Sequence record: OK335775.1
DNA length: 64,000 nucleotides
Strand: one strand, 5' to 3'
Origin: Escherichia phage PSD2002
This document shows, piece after piece, positions 1 through 9,224 of the stretch. A program made the position numbers and the translations under genes. Position 1 is the first letter of the stretch. The number at the start of each line of letters is the position of its first letter. The notes under the pieces were generated by a model. The model had not been told where the DNA came from. It made no database searches and saw nothing but the letters and a program-made list of their open reading frames with translations.

Positions 1-134
1 GCATGCGGGTTGTTGCCATCACCTAATTGGTAATAAAGCTCATTGAAGTTGTTATTAATTTTAAGACCACCTGCACGCAGGTAATCACCGGACCCGTCAT
101 CAACAGCGGAACCTACTTTTAAGTCTTGTTTCAT
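1..134 (-). CDS. 10: baseplate wedge protein gp10, N-terminal 44 codons (gene continues beyond window start)
   Basis: Reverse-complement translation MKQDLKVGSAVDDGSGDYLRAGGLKINNNFNELYYQLGDG resembles the T4 gp10 N-terminus as I recall it; ATG at 132-134 overlaps the gp9 stop. Confidence 0.8.
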   Translation of the reverse strand, partial: MKQDLKVGSAVDDGSGDYLRAGGLKINNNFNELYYQLGDGNNPH

Positions 135-994
135 TATACTGGAACTCCAATAGTTTGGGTTTCTACGACCTTAATTGCAAGCCTCATAGGATTGACAGAA
201 GAAGCGGTCGCGATAATATAGTTTGATGTATCGAATTTAAAATCTAGGGAATAAATTTCGTCATCATCTGAAGTTTGTCCACGTTTAATAACAGCGTATT
301 CAGTGGAATAAATCTTTCTAGCTTGGTTGTCGATAAACACAAGGTATTCTGAAGCTTTGTAAATGGTTTCGTTGGCATTCACTGCCGTAACTAAAAGTTT
401 GACCAATGAATACTGACCGGAATAAACCACCGGAATATCACGAGCGACAGAAGATATATTATATGTCTTATTTAATGGAACTCGTTTATCACCAAACATA
501 CTTTCAATTGAATAATCCCATACTGCAACGCCGTTTGTATCCGATACACACCATAAAAGAACTCGTGTATAAGGTGTTACGATACGCAAAGTCGAAGTTG
601 AATGGCTTGCAAAAGTATCCAATATACGGATTTCAAGATAATTAGTGGAAGAAATACTCCCGTTAGAGTTGATAATCTCGATTCCTTCACCGACTGCACC
701 TTTTACAGTGGTTAATACGATAGAACCGGTAGAAGCATCGATATCTACCAAAGAGCCTAAATCAACTGAACTTGCTTGGTCCGTATCACCAAATTTTTGA
801 TAGTAGCCTGTAGCGTGTAATTTCTGACCTGTTAATTCGCCGGTTAAAGCAGTTTTACGTTGGTCACCGAAAGTATTATAAATGTTGTTTAAGTCAGTGT
901 TCAGTTTAACACCGCCGTCATAAAGAATGTCGCCGGTGCTGGCATTACCAATTTCACCGACGTCAATTAGTTCTTTACCAGTTTGCTTAATCAT
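134..994 (-). CDS. 9: baseplate wedge tail fiber connector gp9
   Basis: 286 aa; N-terminus ...LIDVGEIGNASTGDILYDGG... resembles T4 gp9 (288 aa); synteny 10-9-8-7-6. Confidence 0.85.
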   Translation of the reverse strand: MIKQTGKELIDVGEIGNASTGDILYDGGVKLNTDLNNIYNTFGDQRKTALTGELTGQKLHATGYYQKFGDTDQASSVDLGSLVDIDASTGSIVLTTVKGAVGEGIEIINSNGSISSTNYLEIRILDTFASHSTSTLRIVTPYTRVLLWCVSDTNGVAVWDYSIESMFGDKRVPLNKTYNISSVARDIPVVYSGQYSLVKLLVTAVNANETIYKASEYLVFIDNQARKIYSTEYAVIKRGQTSDDDEIYSLDFKFDTSNYIIATASSVNPMRLAIKVVETQTIGVPV

Positions 995-1024
995 AGGTAT
1001 GCCTCATTATTGATATACTGTATT

Positions 1025-1056
1025 TATTAAACCCCGAAAGGGCCTTGCGGCCCTTA
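1025..1056 (-). other. intercistronic tandem hairpins between genes 8 and 9
   Basis: On the minus-strand RNA: GGGCC-GCAA-GGCCC then CCC-UUUC-GGG followed by U-rich sequence. Confidence 0.4.
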
Positions 1057-2061
1057 TTAGAATTCGAAGATAATGTTAATTTCTTCTGTTTGGTCCATGG
1101 AACGAATAACCGGAGGACGGTTTTCCATATAAATCATTTCACCGGAATGGCGGGAGAGGTCTATAACATCATAGTACTCTTTTTCGGCTTTAATGATCGG
1201 ATCGGATGGGTGAGCTTTAGCTTCTAATGGATTAGAGATTATCGAAAGCTGTCTAAATCCTTTGTTACCAGGAAGACTAAATTCAGGGAAGTAAACTGAA
1301 TCTAAGAATGCTTTAAAACGAATGGTATTGCCTTTAATACGATAAATCAATCCATAATCGTCTTGCTGCCAAGTAAGGTTATTCTCGTATCCCCAACGTT
1401 CTGGGTCTTCAGCAATTTCTTCCGGCCATGGAACCACAATATATTCATTAGTGCAACGGTTGATACTTACATCAGGTGGAATCTCATACAAATATTCCCA
1501 GAGATATCCATCACCTGTATCAACCATACCTTCCGTATCGCCTTGTCCTGCAGGGGCTTTAACCGATTGTACGTTTGAAGTCCATTTACCACCAAGTTTA
1601 ATACACTCAGTTTTATTATCAAGGGACAAAATAGAACATGTACCCGATTCAGGAATATCTACACAACGATAAACCATCCACCCAGCGCCGACATCAGTAC
1701 GGTTTTGCGGCTGGCTGTTCGCCACTACAATTTCACCAATCTGGAAAGTAAATGGGTTAGGATAAGAGGTATCGCCCCAGTCTTTGCGCGGGACAACACA
1801 ATCCAACATGCTCTTATAAACCTTAACACAACCCATCATGTTTGTCCAGACGTCTTCTACGCCCTCAGAATCATCTACAGGATATGGTGGTGCAAAACCC
1901 GGGTCATTTTCGTTATCGGCCCATGGTCGGGCCCTTCCGAAAGATACATACATGGTGTTCTGGTCTTCACCATCACCTATTGTTCTGTAAAAGTTGTACA
2001 TTTTTTCCGTTCTAAATTTTGAAGTAACAATAGAACGATAAACTACTGTAGAATTAATCAT
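1057..2061 (-). CDS. 8: baseplate wedge subunit gp8
   Basis: 334 aa, same length as T4 gp8; position between gp9 and gp7; stop/start overlap with gp7. Confidence 0.8.
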   Translation of the reverse strand: MINSTVVYRSIVTSKFRTEKMYNFYRTIGDGEDQNTMYVSFGRARPWADNENDPGFAPPYPVDDSEGVEDVWTNMMGCVKVYKSMLDCVVPRKDWGDTSYPNPFTFQIGEIVVANSQPQNRTDVGAGWMVYRCVDIPESGTCSILSLDNKTECIKLGGKWTSNVQSVKAPAGQGDTEGMVDTGDGYLWEYLYEIPPDVSINRCTNEYIVVPWPEEIAEDPERWGYENNLTWQQDDYGLIYRIKGNTIRFKAFLDSVYFPEFSLPGNKGFRQLSIISNPLEAKAHPSDPIIKAEKEYYDVIDLSRHSGEMIYMENRPPVIRSMDQTEEINIIFEF

Positions 2062-5000
2062 TAATTTTTACCTGAGTTGGAACTTTAGGGTCTCTAGGAT
2101 TTCCAATACCGTCTTTAAGACGCTTATCAACCAGTGCACGCCAATTGGCAAAGGTCACCACACTTTGGTCAAACAATGGACTATGCTTTTTAATACGTTC
2201 GTGTGGTAATTGACCTTGGAATACAGAGAAATCATTTTCTGCATCATAATCGGCAGGAATATCAAACGGTTCTCCTGCTTTAGGTCCTACGTTGTACGTT
2301 GGAGCACCTGTACGAGGGTCTCGTTCTATATTACCATCAAAACCTATTACAGCAACTCTATCATACCATTCAGATGGCAAACCTGAGTCCCATTTATAGT
2401 TCTTAAGGATATTAATAATAGTTTCTGTATGTTTTAGCGTTAAACCTACGTTAACAAACATAGAAAGCAAAGTTATACCTACAAAGCCGAAACCTACTGG
2501 ATGAACAAATCTCAAAACATCGTTGCGGTAACGAGAGGTAGGGAGATTAGACTTAATAGTCATAACATAATAAGAACGGTTACGGTTGATATAGTCGATA
2601 TTGTTACTCAAAAGCTCTTTACCACGTACACCCCGAACAATCATACCCTTGAACGAAGTACGTTCAGATTTAATTTCCTGACCGACTATAAAACGACCTA
2701 AAAGGTTATGAATGGTTAAACGCCATTGCAGTTTACCTTGTTTATAGTTACGTTCAATATAAGTAACATTACTACGTCCTGTAGGAGTATAAATGGTTTG
2801 GCCGACAATATCTTCACTGATATTATCAGATTCTACGATGATATCATATTCGATAGAGTTCTTGGACTCGATATCAATTTCGACATCTTCGTTGTAAAGC
2901 AATTTAAACAGGAATTTATATGAAGCTTCGGTACCTTTAGTAGACCAAAAATCGCTTTGGCGCGCCTGGAAAAAACGAACAACTTCATCGCGTTTTTCCT
3001 TCGACAAATAGATATTACGCTTATAGATTTCTGACCACAAATATTCCCATGAATCTTCTTCACGTGGGTATTGGTTACGAATAAGATTCAACAAATTATT
3101 ATAGTGTGTACCAGAACCATCACTAATAAATTGGAGATAGTATTCACAGAATTTTTCAAAGTTAGAATCTTGAAGCAAATAACTATCTGGAATCATTTTA
3201 ACCAGTAAAGGCTGGAGGTCTGGGTCCTGCTCACCAACTTCCTCTTTAGGTTTCCATGGGATTTCATGTTCTTGGTTTTGCAATTCTGCCGTAAACATAA
3301 TTTCTTTAGGCTTCCAAATAACACGGACTTCATCACGCACGCGATAGTCAAATTCAAAATATCCAACCAATTCGCCTGTAGATTTGTGAATCATCATTCC
3401 GGAAGAATATTTCTTAAAGCCATTAAACTCTATATTAGGAGATGTGACTTTACAAAAACCTTTATTCCAAATCTCATGAACAATACGTTCAGGTGAAGAA
3501 CCACTGTTCAGGTCGATAATTTTCTGGTATAAAGCATCATTATAAACAACCATCGCATGGTCGCCAGTAGTAATCCATGAACGGGTTCCATCACGACGAG
3601 ACCAACTAAAGAATGGTTCGGCATAATAAGCCATACGCCCAGGTTTAAATTCTTTGAAATCGGATTTAGAGTTAGACCTAAAACTCATCATCAAATAATG
3701 TTTATCGTGAATCCATTGTTCATCTTTAACATATTTAACGGCGGAGGTGACAATTTCAGGGTATTCCAAAGGAAGCTCAGAATCAACCTCTACTTCATAT
3801 CTAAAGTTGCTTGAACTGAAAAATAATTCCTCTCCGTCGGTAGACATGCTGGTATATCCATGCTCTATACGACGACGTTCTTCTTCTGTGTTTCCAAATA
3901 CACGAGTCCATGTATCAGTTGAAGTGTCTAACCAATAAACACCTTTGGATTCAGAATCAACCACATTGGATTCGACCGTAGGGTCCATTTTTTCTTCTTT
4001 AACTTCACCTGTAATTAAAGCAAATGTATGGCCTTGGATAGAATCTAATTTATAACAAACAGCTTTAGGGTTCCCTGTGATAGTCGAATATCCGCTTTCA
4101 AATATCTTCTCTCCATAAGTCGGAGAACTAGGGTCGGTGTCTATAGGGGCTTCAGATGTTTTTGCTTTATAAACTCTGTCTCTACCGGCAACATAAATGA
4201 ATTCATCAGATGCGCACATGGCCTCGGCAATAGTAGAAATAGGTAAAGGAAGCTTTGCATATGAACCGAATATCTCAATTTCAAATGGAAGGTCGATATC
4301 GCTACCTATTTTAGCAAAAGTTACATCTTGGGAACTAAATCTAACGTCATCAGCAGACCAACGAATATCACTTGATTTACGTCCGTAAAATATTTGGTCA
4401 TAACCTAGAACATAAGTGGTCGTGTCGGTTTGGTAGTGTACCGTACGTGAAACAGGGTTACCTACTCGGTCATTAAACAAACGGATATAATGCCAGTTCT
4501 GCCCTTTATCATTAGAAACCTTAGCGGTACTTTGGAATCTTTCTAAAAGGTAAAGTACGCCACCGAGTTCCATTAAAATAGAACGTTTAGGGTCTTTACA
4601 AACCGCTTGGATGCTTCCTTGGATTTCATGGAAACGGTCAGCTTTTAAAACATAATTTGATATAGATGACAAATGCGAATATGCAGGGGTAAAGTTAAAA
4701 TCTTCACTCATCAAAGAAGCCATAATGGCGTCAGTATTAAAGTTCACATAATTCTGATTATTTTTTGTGAATTTTTCTTCAATAAATTTATTAGACAAAG
4801 TGAATTCGCGCATATGCTCAAATGTATATGCGTTGGTAGAGAAAGTTTCAAATTCTTCAGTGTAAACCCATTCGGACTGCTCAAACCCCTGGGCGGCCAC
4901 CGCAACTCGCATTTTATAAAATGAATTAGGAGAAATGAATGCCTCTTCAAACCATTCGTTATTAGGGGTGTAACCTAAATTTCTCCAAAATAATCTATCG

Positions 5001-5149
5001 TCGGGAATTTCTACACCCGCATCCTTCGTTTGGGCCAGTTCTACGAAATAATAGAAGTTGGCGCCTACGTCATCCCAAAGAATGCTCACATGGTTAGCCG
5101 AGAGTTTATCAATTCTCAGACTAGTAACATAAGGCGCTTGTACAGACAT
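2054..5149 (-). CDS. 7: baseplate wedge initiator gp7
   Basis: 1031 aa (T4 gp7 is 1032 aa); synteny. Confidence 0.85.
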   Translation of the reverse strand: MSVQAPYVTSLRIDKLSANHVSILWDDVGANFYYFVELAQTKDAGVEIPDDRLFWRNLGYTPNNEWFEEAFISPNSFYKMRVAVAAQGFEQSEWVYTEEFETFSTNAYTFEHMREFTLSNKFIEEKFTKNNQNYVNFNTDAIMASLMSEDFNFTPAYSHLSSISNYVLKADRFHEIQGSIQAVCKDPKRSILMELGGVLYLLERFQSTAKVSNDKGQNWHYIRLFNDRVGNPVSRTVHYQTDTTTYVLGYDQIFYGRKSSDIRWSADDVRFSSQDVTFAKIGSDIDLPFEIEIFGSYAKLPLPISTIAEAMCASDEFIYVAGRDRVYKAKTSEAPIDTDPSSPTYGEKIFESGYSTITGNPKAVCYKLDSIQGHTFALITGEVKEEKMDPTVESNVVDSESKGVYWLDTSTDTWTRVFGNTEEERRRIEHGYTSMSTDGEELFFSSSNFRYEVEVDSELPLEYPEIVTSAVKYVKDEQWIHDKHYLMMSFRSNSKSDFKEFKPGRMAYYAEPFFSWSRRDGTRSWITTGDHAMVVYNDALYQKIIDLNSGSSPERIVHEIWNKGFCKVTSPNIEFNGFKKYSSGMMIHKSTGELVGYFEFDYRVRDEVRVIWKPKEIMFTAELQNQEHEIPWKPKEEVGEQDPDLQPLLVKMIPDSYLLQDSNFEKFCEYYLQFISDGSGTHYNNLLNLIRNQYPREEDSWEYLWSEIYKRNIYLSKEKRDEVVRFFQARQSDFWSTKGTEASYKFLFKLLYNEDVEIDIESKNSIEYDIIVESDNISEDIVGQTIYTPTGRSNVTYIERNYKQGKLQWRLTIHNLLGRFIVGQEIKSERTSFKGMIVRGVRGKELLSNNIDYINRNRSYYVMTIKSNLPTSRYRNDVLRFVHPVGFGFVGITLLSMFVNVGLTLKHTETIINILKNYKWDSGLPSEWYDRVAVIGFDGNIERDPRTGAPTYNVGPKAGEPFDIPADYDAENDFSVFQGQLPHERIKKHSPLFDQSVVTFANWRALVDKRLKDGIGNPRDPKVPTQVKIND

Positions 5150-5176
5150 TAAATCTCCTTAAACCTCCGAAGAGGC

Positions 5177-7135
5177 TTATATTGTAATTGGTTCCAACTC
5201 TATAGTTGTGTACTGAGGACGAAGGTCATCTTCAAATACGATTAAAGAACCGTCTTTGGTAAAGATGTTGTCTTGGTCTGGCCCTGCATAAAGTTCAATA
5301 GACTGGACTTCAAAACGATCGGAAGTAAGGCCTATTGCGGCGATATCCCAGAAAATAAAGTCCGAGTAATAATCAATTTCGCCAATAACATAGTAGACCG
5401 ATTGGTCTGCAGGCGCTGCCATTTTATCAAAGTCATCTCCGGTGTAAGGTTGGATGTATTGGTTTTCAATTACATCGCCAGGTCGGAAAGGACCTATAAC
5501 CATTTTACCATCGCCTCGTTCGTCTTTATCTGTGGCAACAATACGTACGTTGTAAGATTTAACAACATCAGATACGTTTGTTGGGACGAACTCAAATTCA
5601 CTAGAAGTTACAGAACGGTTGGTGTATTGATTATAGTATTTAATACCCGCTTCAGGTGTTTTGAAGAAGTTTAATACCTCGCGAACCATTGTTACCGTAG
5701 CCGAAGAGCCAAGGATACTGTGGTCTGCATTATCAATATAAGTCAGCATTTTAGACTTGGCAAATCCGTGGTTGAATATTTCAACTTCGTTAATATAATA
5801 ACGGTCTATTTGGGAAAGGATTTGGGCCGTTAACCATTGTTCGGATTCCTGTAATTTGTTCAGTGCATATGAAACCTTAATTTTATGCTTCAAGAACAAG
5901 TAGTCAGGAGAAATAACCGAAGGGGTAATAGGTGCCAAGTTAAATTCTGAAAGATAATTTTGGATATCTTCGCGTTGAACCGCAGTCAAATACAATCCTG
6001 ATTTAGGTTTAATGGTAACAAAGGCATAACCTGGTTTATTTGGGTCTGTAAAGGTTTGTACTGCTTGTACAATAGAACCAAATCGCTCCGAAACGAATGT
6101 ATCATAATCTGTACCGGTTACAGCACGCATCTGGGCTTCACGTTTAACTACAGCAAGTTCACGAATACGTTCAATATCTTCAGGGTCACCACCACCGTCA
6201 GCACCTACATAATCCGGGTTTTCATCGTAGTTTTCTGTAATTTTTTCAACCGTAATATATGCCAAAGAATCCGCATAACTAAAGTCCACTGCCCCGTTAG
6301 CAACTTCACCATCTGTACGAAGGTATTCTATAACAATGGTAGCATCTTTAACAGGTTTTAAACCACCAATATAATTAGCTTCTAATACCCCACCTGCAAC
6401 TGATTTTTCAGCAACACCTTCACCAAAGAAGAATTCAGTATTACCATCTACGGTTTCACGCATATAGTAAATTGTTGATGTACTACCAGCATGAACCATG
6501 GATTTATTAGTCCAGTTAGTCCATTCTGCGCCATCGACATAAAGTTTAACTTCCTGTCTATCAATATCCGGGTCACGAATAAGAATAGGAGTTTTAGGGT
6601 CATACTTAAGTTCAGTACGGATAATACGACCTTGTGCTAAAGATACGATAGGAAGATATTGGTTATTAACATCACGTACGGCAATAACGTTTTCCGTGGT
6701 AACAAAAGAATACGGGTCTGCTGAAGTATCACGGGCATAGGCCAAGAATTTAGTACCACGTGGGATACGAATATTCTTTTCATTCAGGGCTTGGGTACAG
6801 GTCAACATGATACTTGTTTTGGCTGCTGATTTAGAACTTGGCAAATAGCCGTTATCCTGTGCAGCCTGGACGACGGAGGAACGCAAGTTAGCAGTACCGA
6901 TGAAAGATTCATATACCGCGGTATTAGCAAACTGCTGCATATACAGGGTGTTGTAAGCTAACATGTCAATCAGGATATTCATTCGCGAACCAACGAAATC
7001 GTAATCCTTAAATTCGTCCTGGCTAGAAAGCCAATCGATAATATTCTTTTTAATCTCTTCAAACGTAGCTCCCACAAATACTTTTGGGATAGCGTTAACG
7101 GTTCTTGTTAATTGGTAATTCGTAGGAGTAGCCAT
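5177..7135 (-). CDS. 6: baseplate wedge subunit gp6
   Basis: 652 aa (T4 gp6 is about 660 aa); synteny between gp7 and the gene 5 region. Confidence 0.85.
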   Translation of the reverse strand: MATPTNYQLTRTVNAIPKVFVGATFEEIKKNIIDWLSSQDEFKDYDFVGSRMNILIDMLAYNTLYMQQFANTAVYESFIGTANLRSSVVQAAQDNGYLPSSKSAAKTSIMLTCTQALNEKNIRIPRGTKFLAYARDTSADPYSFVTTENVIAVRDVNNQYLPIVSLAQGRIIRTELKYDPKTPILIRDPDIDRQEVKLYVDGAEWTNWTNKSMVHAGSTSTIYYMRETVDGNTEFFFGEGVAEKSVAGGVLEANYIGGLKPVKDATIVIEYLRTDGEVANGAVDFSYADSLAYITVEKITENYDENPDYVGADGGGDPEDIERIRELAVVKREAQMRAVTGTDYDTFVSERFGSIVQAVQTFTDPNKPGYAFVTIKPKSGLYLTAVQREDIQNYLSEFNLAPITPSVISPDYLFLKHKIKVSYALNKLQESEQWLTAQILSQIDRYYINEVEIFNHGFAKSKMLTYIDNADHSILGSSATVTMVREVLNFFKTPEAGIKYYNQYTNRSVTSSEFEFVPTNVSDVVKSYNVRIVATDKDERGDGKMVIGPFRPGDVIENQYIQPYTGDDFDKMAAPADQSVYYVIGEIDYYSDFIFWDIAAIGLTSDRFEVQSIELYAGPDQDNIFTKDGSLIVFEDDLRPQYTTIELEPITI

Positions 7136-7136
7136 T

Positions 7137-9224
7137 TTAATTCCTAGTAGGAGATTCTAAACAAGGTATGCAAATGGAAAGGGATGGAAATGCAATCGTT
7201 AAACCGAATATTCCCAGCATCTTATTAATCCATTGTACCACCTTACTTAAGGATAATGTTGATATTTGGTTATACATTGATTTGCACAAGTCTTTCATTG
7301 ACCTGGAACCATCAGTAAATTCGTGATATAAAGATTTTGCTTTAGTTACTGAGTTCTCGTATATAACCATGATATCATCTACAGTAGCTCCGAGCATACC
7401 GAGAAGTTCTTCCATTTGAGCCACAATAGGAAGTTTTTTGAATTCTTCTAAAGCCATATCTAATACATCAGAAACGGAGGTTTGACTTTCGGTAATAGAG
7501 TTCTTAATCTGATTATATTTATTCTTTAAAAGTTCGAGTGCAGCTTCAGCTTGTGCTAATGCGGCTTCCTTCTGAGCAGTTAGCTCGTCTGTAACTTTTT
7601 CGTACATTCCTGAAAGATATTGTTTAAATTCAATAGCTTGTTTTTGTACTTCTTGCTTTTTGAGCTTAATCTCATTCCACAGATTGAGTGCCTGGGTTTT
7701 AAGAGCCTCAATCATTGCATAAGCTTCGTCTATTTTCTGGTCTACCTTTTCCATAACCATTTGATAAACATCTGATGCTGTGAATCCTGGAAAGTTACCG
7801 CTCATTATCATGTCCAGTGGTTTAACTTGCTTCATCATTTCCTTGACCGCAGTAATAACGCTCCAAACTGGGTTCGGAACTATAGGAGGCATACTCCATA
7901 TTTGAGCGAGGTCTACACACAGTTTTGATAATGCAACACCAGCCATAAGCAATTGAGACCAGGCCCAGTCATACAAGTCTGTAATTGCATCAATAAGGTC
8001 ACGCGAATACATCTTGACGCGTTCAACCGAATAATCGTATGCAGACCCAATGGCAGAATAAATCGATTGGATGGTTTCTTCTAAATTAAAGTTTTTCCAT
8101 GCTTCTTTTAATTTCTGTACACCATCACCTGAAGTGCAGAGGTCTTCTAGGTCAATAGTCATGCCCATAATAGTAATCGAGGGTAAAAAGCTTTTAAGTA
8201 AGTCCCACCCACCGCCAACAATATCCAAGACCTGTGATATGGCATCTTTAAATGCAAGAAAAGCCATTTGCTGAACATATTGACACATAGCAACAGCTGA
8301 GTTGCCTAGCTCTTCCATTGCGACCGATAGCTTACTATAACCAGAATCGAAGAATTTTTCCCAATCGGTTCCACCAGATGATGGCCATCCAGGGAGCATA
8401 TCCCAATATAATTTGAATGAATTCCTAGATGTATTCCATGAAGCCATAATCGCATTGGTCAATCCGTTGTAAGGGAATTCCGCTGTAAAAGGAACACAGC
8501 TTATTGCCCTGGCTCGCCCGGTTATTTCTGGCGGTAAAGACCCGATGGATACCGGTCCCGGAATCGGAGTTCCTGGGATACTCATATCAACATCTAGATT
8601 TAATACCAGTCCAACATAAGTACAAGGTTTTGTCTCATAGTACTTCAAATAAGCCCTGCGGGAGTCACCAAGGCCGTTAAAGTTGACATACATATGATAA
8701 TCAGCCGTAACTGCAATCATCGTCCTGGGGTCCATTCTGGGGCCTTGTGATGTCCATACACCGCCACAGTTTTCGATGCGATACATATCATATTCAATAG
8801 ATGTTTTATACAATACAGATTTTGATAAATCAGCGCCGTACCAATCATTACCGGGCAAAAGAGTTGCACCAATCGATTCTACATAATTTTCTAAATCCAA
8901 TTGCGTAATAAAGAATATTCCGAGTTTAGCACACCAGATACCTTGACTTGTTCCATCTTCCGGTGGGGGAGGTGCAGGAAAAGTTTCGGACTTATTACCA
9001 AATGGATTTTGTGTGTATAAATGTGTAGCTAGTGGAATAATCTCGGTATCCCATTCAACGCCATTCCCAGGTTGAATAAAAGCACCTGTTGGGTTATATA
9101 ATTCCCATTTAACCCGGCGATATTCACCGGGTCCTACTGCGTCATCACAGGGACTTGTTACAGTCCCTACCACTTCATCAACTTTATCGTAGTAATTCAT
9201 ATTAACCGACCTGTACGTTGCCAC
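7137..9224 (-). CDS. large uncharacterised protein between gp5 and gp6 (695 aa; globular N-terminal two-thirds, C-terminal coiled coil and hydrophobic tail)
   Basis: Long ORF translationally coupled to gp5 (23-nt overlap) and gp6 (adjacent codons); occupies the slot where T4 has small genes 5.1-5.4; no motif I recognise. Confidence 0.7.
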   Translation of the reverse strand: MATYRSVNMNYYDKVDEVVGTVTSPCDDAVGPGEYRRVKWELYNPTGAFIQPGNGVEWDTEIIPLATHLYTQNPFGNKSETFPAPPPPEDGTSQGIWCAKLGIFFITQLDLENYVESIGATLLPGNDWYGADLSKSVLYKTSIEYDMYRIENCGGVWTSQGPRMDPRTMIAVTADYHMYVNFNGLGDSRRAYLKYYETKPCTYVGLVLNLDVDMSIPGTPIPGPVSIGSLPPEITGRARAISCVPFTAEFPYNGLTNAIMASWNTSRNSFKLYWDMLPGWPSSGGTDWEKFFDSGYSKLSVAMEELGNSAVAMCQYVQQMAFLAFKDAISQVLDIVGGGWDLLKSFLPSITIMGMTIDLEDLCTSGDGVQKLKEAWKNFNLEETIQSIYSAIGSAYDYSVERVKMYSRDLIDAITDLYDWAWSQLLMAGVALSKLCVDLAQIWSMPPIVPNPVWSVITAVKEMMKQVKPLDMIMSGNFPGFTASDVYQMVMEKVDQKIDEAYAMIEALKTQALNLWNEIKLKKQEVQKQAIEFKQYLSGMYEKVTDELTAQKEAALAQAEAALELLKNKYNQIKNSITESQTSVSDVLDMALEEFKKLPIVAQMEELLGMLGATVDDIMVIYENSVTKAKSLYHEFTDGSRSMKDLCKSMYNQISTLSLSKVVQWINKMLGIFGLTIAFPSLSICIPCLESPTRN

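Noticed and set aside
406-645. Plus-strand 79-aa ORF inside gene 9 (and similar antisense ORFs inside genes 7, 6, 5 and the 695-aa ORF, e.g. 2501-2701, 5273-5674, 8071-8274, 9310-9639)
   Set aside because: Fully embedded antisense to long, well-supported baseplate genes; no SD or promoter; low-complexity translations typical of shadow frames.
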